DNA of 52,096 nucleotides. Origin: Elusimicrobiota bacterium (GTDB lineage Bacteria > Elusimicrobiota > Elusimicrobia > UBA1565 > UBA9628). Shown here piece after piece: positions 37,238-46,642 of this stretch. The stretch lies in contig DAHVNA010000011.1 in assembly GCA_027319565.1 (NCBI GenBank), positions 1-52,096 of the forward strand, given 5' to 3'. A model generated the notes under the pieces. It did no database searches. It had not been told where the DNA came from and worked only from the letters and a program-made list of their open reading frames with translations. Every line of letters starts with the position of its first letter. Within the stretch, counting starts at the first letter, position 1. Made by a program: the position numbers and the translations under genes.

Positions 37238-39117
37238 TGAAAGAAAATAAAAGCGGCAGGTTTTTATTTGCCTTCCTCGGCTGTTTTCTCTTGATGCCCT
37301 GCCTTCAGGCCAACGCCCAAGTCGCCATTCATGCCGATGTCAATAAAGCCATCGTTTCTCTCAACGAACAAATCACTCTCACCGTTTCCGTCACGGGTTC
37401 GGGCGGGTCCATTCCCGATCCTCAAATTCCTCTTCTTTCCAATTTCAGCGTCTACTCCTCGGGAAAAAGCCAATCTATCTCGATTATCAATGGACAGATG
37501 GAGACAGACACGGAATATACCTATGTCCTCGTGCCGCGCTTTGTCGGAAAAGGAACCATTCCTCCAATTTCAATTAGCTATGGAGGACGCCGATACGAAA
37601 CCCATCCGATTGTCATCGAGGTTTCGCCCCATGGTGGAGGACCCTCCGGCGGGGGAGTTTCGGTTCAAGCCCCTCCCGGAGTGAGCGTACAATCGGCTTC
37701 CGGATACAATTACGCCCGCAACCGCGCTCCCGCGAGTCCCGATGTTTTTGTCAAAGCCGCAGTCAATAGAAAAAAAGTATATGTCAATGAACAGACAACT
37801 CTTTCGGTAAGATTTTTCACTGCGGTCAGCCTCGCCGGAAGCCCGCAATACACGCCTCCCAAACTTTCGGGCTTTATTTCCGAAGATTTGCCTCCGCAAA
37901 GAAACGGGAGAACCACCGTCAACGGACGAGACTATTATTATTCCGAAATCAAACTCGCTCTTTTCCCGGTTCAAGCTGGGAAACTTCAAATAGGCCCGGC
38001 GACGGTCAACTGCCGCATTGAAAAAAGCCTCGCGGTGGACCCATTTTCTCAAAGTTTCATCAATAACATCTTTTCCGGACAATTGGGAATGGAACAACCG
38101 GAAACTCTTCACTCCGAACCCTTGATTTTAACGGCCTTGCCGCTTCCAGAAAAAGGCAAGCCCTCCAATTTTTCCGGAGCTGTCGGCGACTTTTCAATAT
38201 CGGCCTCTGTTGACCGAACGCGCGTCAATGTCGGAGACGCGGTTAATCTCACGATGGTCGTTTCCGGACAAGGCAACTTAAAGAGCTTGGACTCTCCTAC
38301 AATTCCATCCATGCCCGATTTCCATGTCTATGATACGGTCAACTCAATCAATCTTGACAAGAAAAACGACATCCTTCAGGGAAGCAAAATTTTTAAAACC
38401 GTCCTGGTCCCGAGAATCTCGGGAACGCTGACCATTCCTAAAATCCCTTTTTCCTTCTTTAATCCCAAAACGCGCTCCTATCAAACTATTTATTCGCCAA
38501 GCATTACTCTCCATGTAGAAAAAGGCGCGCCCGGATCAAACGCGGGAAATGTTTCCAATTTCGCGGCTTCAGCCGCGCAAGATGTTTCCACGATTTCAGA
38601 AGACATTCGCTACCTTAAGCCCTATCAAAAAGTGTCTTTGCCCGAGAGATTCCTGGGCGCCCTGTCTTCCGCCGGAATTGTCAACCTATTTCCCTTCGCC
38701 TTTTTCGCCTTTTTCTTCGGCATCGATCAATATGAGGAAATGAAAGCCCGCAATCCGCTCGAAGTCAGGAAAAGACAAGCCTTTAAAAAGGCGCTTCAAA
38801 TCGTTGAAAAGGCCCGCAAAGAACACCTCGCCGATCCCAAAGAGATGACCGAACAACTCTCGGAAGCTCTGATTGGATACCTCGCCGACAAACTCGGAAA
38901 ATCCCCGTCAGCTCTGACTCTTAAGGGCCTCAGCCAGGAAGTCCAGAAAGCCAATCTTCCCATTTCCGTCAATACCCTTGAAAACCTCAAGCGCGTCTGG
39001 GATGAAATCGATTCCCGCAGGTTCGCGCCCGCCGGAGCCGCCTCCATGAACGCCAATTCTGAAATTGCCGAGGACATCTCCGCTTTAATCGAGTCTATCG
39101 AAAGAGAACTCAAATGA
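37237..39117 (+). CDS. batD: BatD family protein
   Basis: SQSISIINGQ, KVYVNEQ, PLPEKGKPSNFSGAVGDF, FFNPKT, DIRYLK. Confidence 0.9.
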   Translation: MKENKSGRFLFAFLGCFLLMPCLQANAQVAIHADVNKAIVSLNEQITLTVSVTGSGGSIPDPQIPLLSNFSVYSSGKSQSISIINGQMETDTEYTYVLVPRFVGKGTIPPISISYGGRRYETHPIVIEVSPHGGGPSGGGVSVQAPPGVSVQSASGYNYARNRAPASPDVFVKAAVNRKKVYVNEQTTLSVRFFTAVSLAGSPQYTPPKLSGFISEDLPPQRNGRTTVNGRDYYYSEIKLALFPVQAGKLQIGPATVNCRIEKSLAVDPFSQSFINNIFSGQLGMEQPETLHSEPLILTALPLPEKGKPSNFSGAVGDFSISASVDRTRVNVGDAVNLTMVVSGQGNLKSLDSPTIPSMPDFHVYDTVNSINLDKKNDILQGSKIFKTVLVPRISGTLTIPKIPFSFFNPKTRSYQTIYSPSITLHVEKGAPGSNAGNVSNFAASAAQDVSTISEDIRYLKPYQKVSLPERFLGALSSAGIVNLFPFAFFAFFFGIDQYEEMKARNPLEVRKRQAFKKALQIVEKARKEHLADPKEMTEQLSEALIGYLADKLGKSPSALTLKGLSQEVQKANLPISVNTLENLKRVWDEIDSRRFAPAGAASMNANSEIAEDISALIESIERELK

Positions 39118-39968
39118 GAGAACAGAAAGTTATGGAAAGTCACGGAAAGAACAAGAAATCACGGAAACCCGATAGAAGCGAAGGGCGTTCTTTACTATCT
39201 ATTCTTTCCGTCACTTTCCGTTGCTTCCAGTCACTTTCCGTTGCTTTCTTTTTCTTTCCGCTCCTTCTCCTTTCCATTCCGGCATTTGCCCAACAAAATC
39301 TAGCGGCGCAAGCCCGCCAAAAATACGATGCCGGAGATTTCCAGGCCTCAGCCCTTTTATTTCAAAACGCGGTTAATAAATCTCCGAACAATCCTTTTTT
39401 GCAATATGATTTGGGAAATGCCCTTTTTAAGTCCGGAAAGCTCGGAGAGGCCATCGTCGCCTATCAAAGGGCTTTTGACCTTATGCCGCGAAACTCGGAC
39501 ATCCGCTACAATTTGGCCTTCGCCCTCAACCGGGCGGGGGAAAACCTAATTCCATCCGGCGTTCCGCCCATTCTCTTCTATCTTTTCTATTGGCTCAGTC
39601 TTAAAGAACTCTCCGGCGCTTTTTGGCTGTTTGTATGGATACTCTTGTTGTCAGCCGGAATTTGGATTAAACTCAAAAAGCCCGCGTCTCTTCGCCCTAT
39701 GATAGGCTTTGCCTTTATTTTTTCTTCCGTCTTTGGAATTTGGTGGGGAATTCGTTTCGTTCTTGAACCGGATAGTCTGGGAGTCATCGTCACCCAGACT
39801 GCGGAAGTTCGCAGCGGACCCGGGGAATCATTCTCGGTTGATTTCACCGCGCCCGAGGGCCGCCGCGTCGAGATTTTGTCGGAAAGCTCCGATTGGATTG
39901 AAGTCGGGCTTCTCAAAGAAGGATCCCGCGGCTGGGTTTCATCTAAGGACGTTGAAAAAGTAGATTGA
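39114..39968 (+). CDS. batE: BatE-like TPR + SH3b protein
   Basis: YDLGNALFKSGKLGEAIVAYQRA...PRNSDIRYNL, two TM helices, VRSGPG...GWV SH3b domain. Confidence 0.85.
   Translation: MREQKVMESHGKNKKSRKPDRSEGRSLLSILSVTFRCFQSLSVAFFFFPLLLLSIPAFAQQNLAAQARQKYDAGDFQASALLFQNAVNKSPNNPFLQYDLGNALFKSGKLGEAIVAYQRAFDLMPRNSDIRYNLAFALNRAGENLIPSGVPPILFYLFYWLSLKELSGAFWLFVWILLLSAGIWIKLKKPASLRPMIGFAFIFSSVFGIWWGIRFVLEPDSLGVIVTQTAEVRSGPGESFSVDFTAPEGRRVEILSESSDWIEVGLLKEGSRGWVSSKDVEKVD
39115..39264. repeat. Decamer tandem repeat array with imperfect inverted arms (copy B)
   Basis: AAAGTTATGG AAAGTCACGG AAAGAACAAG AAATCACGG ... CTTTCCGTCA CTTTCCGTTG CTTCCAGTCA CTTTCCGTTG CTTTCTTTTT CTTTCCGCTC. Confidence 0.8.
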
Positions 39969-39982
39969 AGGGGAAATTGTTT

Positions 39983-41383
39983 ATGAACAGCAAAAAAGAC
40001 GTCCGCATCGAAAAAGATTCGTTGGGGGACAAAGAGGTTCCGGCCAAGGCCTATTACGGGGTCCAAACCCAAAGAGCGGTCGAAAACTTTCCCGTCTCGG
40101 GGCTGAAGGCTCATCCGGCATTGATTTTCGCCTATGCCGCGGTCAAAAAAGCCTGCGCCCTTGCCAATCAAGAGCTCAAGGCCCTTCCAAAGGAAAAAGC
40201 CGATCCCATCATTCAAGCCGCCGATGAAATTCTCTCCGGACAATGGAAAGAGGAGTTCGTCATCGACGTCTATCAAGCCGGGGCCGGAACTTCGTTTAAC
40301 ATGAACACTAACGAAGTCATCGCCAACCGCGCCGCTGAGATTCTGGCAAAACCGCTTGGGAAATATGATTTCATCCATCCCAACGATCATGTCAATATGG
40401 CGCAGTCAACCAACGACACCTTTCCAACGGCTTCTTATGTCGCCGTCTTTTCAGAGACAAAAAAACTTCTCCCCATACTGGATTCATTAGCGCAAAGCTT
40501 TATCGGCAAGGGAAAAGAATTTAAAGACATCGTCAAAACCGCGCGAACCCATCTGCAAGACGCCGTTCCCATCACCTTGGGACAGGAATTTAAGGCTTAT
40601 GGAGAAGCCATAAAGGCTTGTCGTTTGGAACTCGAGCGGAGAGTCGAATTGTTAAGCCATGTGGCCTTGGGAGGCACCGCCGCCGGAACCGGAGCCAACA
40701 CCTTGCCCCAATTCCGCGAAAAAGCGATCTCCAATCTGGCCAAGATTACGAAACTTCCGCTCCGCCCCGCCAATGACCCAAGGACGGCCCTTCAAAGCCA
40801 TCAGCCGCTCATGGCGGTTTCAAGCGCGCTCAAAGAACTCGCCGTGGAACTCATTCGCATCGCCAATGACTTGCGCCTTCTCTGCTCGGGGCCGACCACG
40901 GGCTTTGCCGAAATCGTTTTGCCGGCCGTTCAACCGGGCTCCTCTATTATGCCGGGAAAGGTCAATCCCTCCATTCTTGAATGTCTGAACATGGTCTGCT
41001 TTCAAGTCGTGGGACGAGACGCCGCCGTTTCCCTTTGCGCGCAAGCAGGGCAAATGGATTTAAACGTCATGACCCCGTTATCCACTTACAATCTCCTCGA
41101 CTCTCTCGGTCTCCTGATTAATTTTCTTCCGGTCGTCGAACAAAAATGTATTGCCGGAATCGTCGCCGACAAGGACAAGTGCTCTCATTACTTCGAACAG
41201 AACCCTTCTTTAGCGACGCTTTTAAACCCCAAAATTGGGTACGCGCGAGCCGCCGAGGTGTTTAAAGAAGCCGTAGCAAAAAAGACGACAATTCCTAAAA
41301 TCGTCATCGCCCGGAAACTCCTCGAAGAAAAAGAGCTCTCCGAAATCCTAGATCCCAAAAAGGCCGTTGGGATACTGGACTGA
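39983..41383 (+). CDS. aspA: Aspartate ammonia-lyase (class II fumarase/aspartase family)
   Basis: RIEKDSLG, YYGVQTQRA, AGAGTSFNMNTNEVIANRA, HPNDHVN.AQSTND, RTHLQDA, GSSIMPGKVNP. A fumC-type activity cannot be fully excluded. Confidence 0.85.
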   Translation: MNSKKDVRIEKDSLGDKEVPAKAYYGVQTQRAVENFPVSGLKAHPALIFAYAAVKKACALANQELKALPKEKADPIIQAADEILSGQWKEEFVIDVYQAGAGTSFNMNTNEVIANRAAEILAKPLGKYDFIHPNDHVNMAQSTNDTFPTASYVAVFSETKKLLPILDSLAQSFIGKGKEFKDIVKTARTHLQDAVPITLGQEFKAYGEAIKACRLELERRVELLSHVALGGTAAGTGANTLPQFREKAISNLAKITKLPLRPANDPRTALQSHQPLMAVSSALKELAVELIRIANDLRLLCSGPTTGFAEIVLPAVQPGSSIMPGKVNPSILECLNMVCFQVVGRDAAVSLCAQAGQMDLNVMTPLSTYNLLDSLGLLINFLPVVEQKCIAGIVADKDKCSHYFEQNPSLATLLNPKIGYARAAEVFKEAVAKKTTIPKIVIARKLLEEKELSEILDPKKAVGILD

Positions 41384-41387
41384 TTTG

Positions 41388-41873
41388 ATGAGCGAGCTTT
41401 CGTATTTCCCGGGCGCGCTTAACCGAGAGGATTACGCGCAAAAAATCGCGGTTCTTTTTTCCGAGCATCTGGAAAAAAACGGCCTGCGTCTCACGACTCC
41501 GCGCCGGAAGATATTGAATTATCTTTTAAAAGCGGACCGGCATCTCAACCAAGAAGAAATATATAAATCTCTCCGTCCCCAGGGAATAGGGCGCGCGACC
41601 GTATTTCGGACAATTAAGATGCTCGAAGATTCAAATCTCTTAAGCCGCATCTCCGGCATTTCCGGGCCGCCGAAATTCGAGGTCCATTTTGAGCGTCCGC
41701 ATCACGACCATCTGGTCTGCATTTCCTGCGGAAGCATCCAAGAAATCCAATGGCCTAAGATTGAAAAAATCCAGGAAAAAGCGTGCCGTAAAATAGGCTT
41801 TGAAGTCAAATGGCACCGTCATGAGATATTCGGCTTTTGTCCTCAATGCGCAAAGAGGCAAAAACGAACATGA
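41388..41873 (+). CDS. fur: Fur-family transcriptional regulator
   Basis: GLRLTTPRRKIL, IGRATVFRT, HHDHLVCISCG, FGFCPQC. Metal specificity (Fur/Zur/PerR) not determined. Confidence 0.88.
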   Translation: MSELSYFPGALNREDYAQKIAVLFSEHLEKNGLRLTTPRRKILNYLLKADRHLNQEEIYKSLRPQGIGRATVFRTIKMLEDSNLLSRISGISGPPKFEVHFERPHHDHLVCISCGSIQEIQWPKIEKIQEKACRKIGFEVKWHRHEIFGFCPQCAKRQKRT

Positions 41874-43207
41874 GTTTGACAACGCAGACAGTCTCCACTC
41901 CAAATGTCGCGATCAAAAAACCAAAGATTCACGTGGTTAGTTTTGGTTGTCAAATGTCTTTTGCCGATTCCGCCGAGATGGCCCAATCTTTTTTAAATAA
42001 AGGCTGGGCCTCGGGCGAATCTCTTGAAAACGCCGATGCCGTCGTCATTTCAACCTGCACCGTTCGCCAACACGCGGAAGACCGCGCCATGTCTTTCATC
42101 GGACGGCTAAGAGTTTGGAAAAAACAAAAACCGAATCGCCTGCTGGTCGTCGCCGGCTGCGCGGCCCAACGCCTGGGAAACAAAATCAAAGAGCGTTTTC
42201 CCCATGTAGACCTGGTCATCGGAGCCAAGTCCATTGAGAGCTTTTCTAAAATTATTGAAGACGTTTTATCGGAAAAATTCGATCTCGTGGAGGAAAACGC
42301 CTCGGATTTTCCACAAACAGCGACCTCTTCCCAAGGAGCCGCCTGTGATTTCGTCACGATCATGCGCGGCTGCAATTATTCCTGCTCATACTGCATCGTT
42401 CCCTCGGTGCGCGGAAGAGAAAGATATCGCCCCGTTGAGACAATCTTAGAAGAGACCGAAGCCAAAATAGCGGCGGGGGTCAAGGAAATCACGCTTTTAG
42501 GACAAACCGTCAACAGCTACCAGGCCGAATACCAAGGAAAAACCGTCAAATTCCCGGAGCTCTTAAAAATTCTAAATCAAGTTCCCGGACTTAAACGCCT
42601 GCGCTTCATGAGCCCTCACCCTCATTACGTCAATAAAGAGATGATCGCCGCGTTTAAAAACTATCCTGCCGTTTGCGAATATCTCCATCTTCCGGTCCAA
42701 TCGGGATCTAATCAGATTTTGAAACTAATGCGGCGCAATTATACCCGGGAGCTTTTTATGGATAAGGTTCGGATGCTCAGATCTGAAATCCCGAATCTCG
42801 TTTTATCGACCGATATCATCGTGGGTTTTCCGACGGAAACGGAAGCCGATTTTGATGAGACGCTTTCGCTGATTAAAGAATTTAGGCCGGCCTGGATTTA
42901 TTCATTCAAATACTCGCCGCGGCCTCAAACCGCCTCTTTTATCGAGAGCCCGGATGATGTTCCGCCTTCCGTCAAGGAAGATCGTCTCGCCCGCTTAAAC
43001 GATCTGGCCCGGGAAATCGGACGGCAATCCCTTCAAAGAAAAGTGGGAGAAACTGTCGAAGTCCTGGAAGAAAGCGAAAATTTTGGGCGCACAAGGGACG
43101 GCTTTAAGGTAAAATGGAAAGGAGGGGAAAAAAGCATCGGAGAGCTCCACCTCGTTAAAATCGTCGAAGCATCAGACTTTCTTCTCATAGGAGAAAAAAC
43201 AAAATGA
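41870..43207 (+). CDS. miaB: tRNA-2-methylthio-N6-dimethylallyladenosine synthase
   Basis: FGCQMS, TCTVRQHAE, GCAAQ, radical SAM CNYSCSYC, RFMSPHP, HLPVQSGS, DIIVGFP, TRAM domain. Confidence 0.93.
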   Translation: MSLTTQTVSTPNVAIKKPKIHVVSFGCQMSFADSAEMAQSFLNKGWASGESLENADAVVISTCTVRQHAEDRAMSFIGRLRVWKKQKPNRLLVVAGCAAQRLGNKIKERFPHVDLVIGAKSIESFSKIIEDVLSEKFDLVEENASDFPQTATSSQGAACDFVTIMRGCNYSCSYCIVPSVRGRERYRPVETILEETEAKIAAGVKEITLLGQTVNSYQAEYQGKTVKFPELLKILNQVPGLKRLRFMSPHPHYVNKEMIAAFKNYPAVCEYLHLPVQSGSNQILKLMRRNYTRELFMDKVRMLRSEIPNLVLSTDIIVGFPTETEADFDETLSLIKEFRPAWIYSFKYSPRPQTASFIESPDDVPPSVKEDRLARLNDLAREIGRQSLQRKVGETVEVLEESENFGRTRDGFKVKWKGGEKSIGELHLVKIVEASDFLLIGEKTK

Positions 43208-43701
43208 GCCAAAAGCATCAGGGATCGGAAAGGCGCAAGCACCCGCGTTTTAACATTATGGAGGGAATGGTCGAACCAATTTCGATTCAGTTCGGCCCCG
43301 ATGCCCATCCCAACCCCCACGAACCGCATTCGCCGATTCAACCCGCGATATTGACCGATTTGTCCGCCGGCGGAATGTCCTTGATCGTGTTTTTAGAACC
43401 GCCCAAAGCCAAGAAATTCGAGATGGTCATTAATCTCCCCGGACTAAAAAGAATTCCGGTAGAGGGAGAAATTGTCAGCGTCACGTCCAAAGGGGAGACC
43501 CATAAAGTGGGAATCTCTTTTACCAAGATCAGCTCCAAGCATCAAAAAGAGCTCGTTGAAATGGCGGAAGATGATTTGGACTGCGAAACGAGGATTTCCC
43601 TGCGTCTGCCCGAAGTCTGCATTCCCGGCTGCTCTTTTCATTCTCTGTGCGTTAAAACTCAAAAAGGGCCGTATTGGAAAGAATCCACGCTCAAATCTTA
43701 A
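43204..43701 (+). CDS. PilZ domain protein with Cys-rich C-terminus
   Basis: RxxxR (ERRKHPRF) and DxSxxG (DLSAGG) c-di-GMP motifs, then VGISF. Confidence 0.82.
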   Translation: MSQKHQGSERRKHPRFNIMEGMVEPISIQFGPDAHPNPHEPHSPIQPAILTDLSAGGMSLIVFLEPPKAKKFEMVINLPGLKRIPVEGEIVSVTSKGETHKVGISFTKISSKHQKELVEMAEDDLDCETRISLRLPEVCIPGCSFHSLCVKTQKGPYWKESTLKS

Positions 43702-44660
43702 ACCGCGGTTTAAAGACGAATCCGTGGATTGCCGTCGTCGGTCCAACGGGAGCGGGCAAAACAGAGCTTGCGGTCTTACTGGCAAAAGAGTTTAACGGAG
43801 AAATCATCTCCGCTGACTCGCGCCAGATTTATAAACTCCTTGACGCCGGAACAGCCAAGCCCGAGCGCGACAGCCAAGGCCGATGCCAAGGCGTTGTCTA
43901 TCATCTCGTGGATTTTTTAGATCCCAAACTCCCCTTTAACGCCGGAAACTTCGCGGCCCTGGCAAATCCTCTGCTCCTCGAAATAAAAAACAGAAACCGG
44001 ATTCCCCTGATCGTTGGCGGAACCGGGCTTTATCTTAAAACTCTCTCCCAAGGCTTATCTGCGATGCTCCCTCAAGCTGATTCCCAAGTGCGCGAAAAGC
44101 TTCTCAATCTTGGCGCTGAAAAAGGGCGCTTATTTTTGCATCAAGAGCTTCAAAAAATAGACCCTCTGGCCGCCGAAAAAATTCCCGCCAACAATATTCA
44201 ACGGGTGATCCGAGCCCTGGAAGTCTATCAGATTTCTAAACGCCCCATCTCGGATTTTTGGAGGCAAGAAAAAAAAGATTCGGAAGATTTCCTAACGCTC
44301 CGCATCGAATGGCCGGTGGAAATCTTAAAACAAAAACTTCGGGAAAGATGCATCCGGATGTGGCCTAAAATTCTAGAAGAAACCACGCGCCTCGTCCCGA
44401 AAAATTATTGTGGAGAAGAACCGGGGTTTCAGAGCCTCGGCTACTCTCAAGCCATTCAATGTCTCAAAGGAGAAATTTCGCCCAAAGAAGGCCTTGAGAA
44501 ATTTATCAAAGAGACTCATTCCTACGCCAAAAGACAGCGCACCTGGTTTAAACATCAAATCAAGGGGCCGGTCTTTGAAATCAAGGGCGACACGCCAAGT
44601 CTCATGTTTTCAGAAGCCAGCGCGATTCTCAAGCGATTAAAAATTAAAAATGTCCCCTAA
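43674..44660 (+). CDS. miaA: tRNA dimethylallyltransferase
   Basis: GPTGAGKT, ISADSRQIY..LDAGTAKP, VGGTGLY, RVIRALEV, SLGY, YAKRQRTWF. Start uncertain. Confidence 0.95.
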   Translation: MERIHAQILNRGLKTNPWIAVVGPTGAGKTELAVLLAKEFNGEIISADSRQIYKLLDAGTAKPERDSQGRCQGVVYHLVDFLDPKLPFNAGNFAALANPLLLEIKNRNRIPLIVGGTGLYLKTLSQGLSAMLPQADSQVREKLLNLGAEKGRLFLHQELQKIDPLAAEKIPANNIQRVIRALEVYQISKRPISDFWRQEKKDSEDFLTLRIEWPVEILKQKLRERCIRMWPKILEETTRLVPKNYCGEEPGFQSLGYSQAIQCLKGEISPKEGLEKFIKETHSYAKRQRTWFKHQIKGPVFEIKGDTPSLMFSEASAILKRLKIKNVP

Positions 44661-45789
44661 TTCTCAAAAAGGATTCTCGCGTTTTTTTGAAAGCAAATCT
44701 CTTGAGCGAATCATTTTAGTCGGCGTCTCTCTCAAGCGGGAATCTCGCGCCATGGCCTCGAGTCTGCTCGAGCTTGAGCGCTTAGCCAAAACCGCCGGCG
44801 GAGAAGTGGCGGAAAGATTTTATCAGTTGCTTGAGCGATACCATCCAGCCACTTTAATTGGCCACGGAAAAGTCTTGGAAATCGCCTCCGCCTGTCAAAG
44901 ACTAAAATCCTCGACCGTGATTTTCGATCATGAGCTCACCGCCGCCCAACAAAAAAATATCGAGTCACTCTGCCGCGCAAAAATTCTCGACCGCTCGCGA
45001 TTGATATTGGATATTTTCGCTAAAAGAGCCCAAACCCGCGAGGGAAAGATTCAAGTGGAACTGGCGCAGTTGTCTTATCTCTTGCCGCGACTGACGGGAT
45101 CTTGGAGAGGTTTTTCGCAGCAGGTGGGGGGAATTGGAACGCGCGGACCCGGAGAACGCCAGCTAGAATATGAAAAAAGGCACATTCAACTCCGCATCCG
45201 GCATTTAAAAAAAGACCTTGAAAAGGTTAAACTAAGCCGCGCTGTTCGCCGGAAGCGCCGCCTTGAAGGCAGCGCCAAACAAATCGCGATTATCGGATAC
45301 ACCAACGCGGGAAAGTCGACCTTGCTAAACTCTCTGAGCGGAAGCCCCAAAATGGTATATGCGGATGACAAACTATTCGCGACCCTCGATCCTCACTCCC
45401 GAAAACTCCGCCTGCCCCAAGGAACTCCCGCCGTTTTAACCGACACGGTCGGTTTTATCCAGCGCTTGCCGACGACCTTGATTGCGGCCTTCCATTCCAC
45501 TTTAGAAGAAATTCCCCAAGCGGATTGTCTCCTTATCGTATCCGATGCGACTTCAACGGATATCGAGACCCAAGACCAGGCGGTCTCAAAAACCTTGATA
45601 CAACTAAATGCCACGGAAGTTCCGCAGATTAAAATTCTCAATAAGGCCGACGCTTTGGATTTTCAAAATCGCGCGGCTTTAGAAATTCGCTATCCGAACC
45701 GCTTATTGGTGTCGGCCCAAACGGGAGAAGGATTAGATCTCTTACTCAATCAAATCGAGAAAGCCGTTCAAAGCCCTTCTCTTTTCTAA
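44650..45789 (+). CDS. hflX: GTPase HflX
   Basis: ILDIFAKRAQTREGKIQVELAQL, GIGTRGPGE, GYTNAGKSTL, LFATLD, DTVGFI, NKAD, SAQTG. Confidence 0.95.
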   Translation: MSPNSQKGFSRFFESKSLERIILVGVSLKRESRAMASSLLELERLAKTAGGEVAERFYQLLERYHPATLIGHGKVLEIASACQRLKSSTVIFDHELTAAQQKNIESLCRAKILDRSRLILDIFAKRAQTREGKIQVELAQLSYLLPRLTGSWRGFSQQVGGIGTRGPGERQLEYEKRHIQLRIRHLKKDLEKVKLSRAVRRKRRLEGSAKQIAIIGYTNAGKSTLLNSLSGSPKMVYADDKLFATLDPHSRKLRLPQGTPAVLTDTVGFIQRLPTTLIAAFHSTLEEIPQADCLLIVSDATSTDIETQDQAVSKTLIQLNATEVPQIKILNKADALDFQNRAALEIRYPNRLLVSAQTGEGLDLLLNQIEKAVQSPSLF

Positions 45790-45816
45790 ATTCTCAGGAT
45801 TTGGTTAAATAGACTG

Positions 45817-46377
45817 ATGGCTAAAGCGAAGAATCCCCAAGACCTAGAAGTCCGCATTTATTCGCTGGCGACCATGGTCAATGAATCGATCATATTCCTA
45901 GAAGAACTCAGCGGAAATCGCCTTCTCCCGATATGGATTGGAATCGCCGAAAGCCAAGCCATCGCCATTCGATTCTCCGGTATCGTTTTACCGCGGCCCC
46001 TGACTCATGATTTATTGGTTTCAACCATCAAGACCCTCGGATACACGGTTGACAAAGCCGTGATTTCAGACATCAAGGAAAACACTTTCTACGCGCGAAT
46101 TCATATCCACAAGGGAAATTCCACAATCACTTTAGACGCGCGCCCGTCCGACGCCATCGCGGTCGCAGTCAGGGTCGGTTGCCCTATTTACGTAGACAGC
46201 GGCGTTTTTGACCGCTGCCAAACTCTCGCCAAACCCATCACCGAAGAGGAAGTCTCCAAATTTAAAGATGAATTAAAAAGTTTAAAGCCGGAAGATATAT
46301 TTAAAGATCTCGAGAAAAAGAAAGACAGCGGCGAGGACAATTCTCCGCCAGCGTCTTCCGAGGAGCCGCAGTCATGA
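45817..46377 (+). CDS. Bifunctional nuclease family protein (DUF151)
   Basis: LPIWIGIAESQAI, PRPLTHDL, FYARI, DARPSDAIAVAVR..CPIYV. Confidence 0.92.
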   Translation: MAKAKNPQDLEVRIYSLATMVNESIIFLEELSGNRLLPIWIGIAESQAIAIRFSGIVLPRPLTHDLLVSTIKTLGYTVDKAVISDIKENTFYARIHIHKGNSTITLDARPSDAIAVAVRVGCPIYVDSGVFDRCQTLAKPITEEEVSKFKDELKSLKPEDIFKDLEKKKDSGEDNSPPASSEEPQS

Positions 46378-46637
46378 ATAGATTGGATGTCATCAAAGCC
46401 GTCGCAAAAACTCTAAGCGCCAAAAGCGAAGCCGCCACGGCCGTTGAAACCGCTTTTGAAGCCATTGGAGAAGCTCTAAGGAAAGATGAAAAAGTCGTCA
46501 TCTCCAACTTCGGAACTTTCCGCGTCAAATACCGAAAAGCGCGCTCGGGCCGAAATCCAAAAACCGGGGCCTCGGTGTCGGTTCCGGAACGCAGAAGCGT
46601 CCGTTTTAAAGCTTCTCGCAATCTTCTCAACCCTTAA
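46374..46637 (+). CDS. HU/IHF family DNA-binding protein
   Basis: VVISNFGTF, R.GRNPKTG, VRFKAS. Confidence 0.93.
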   Translation: MNRLDVIKAVAKTLSAKSEAATAVETAFEAIGEALRKDEKVVISNFGTFRVKYRKARSGRNPKTGASVSVPERRSVRFKASRNLLNP

Positions 46638-46642
46638 GCGGA

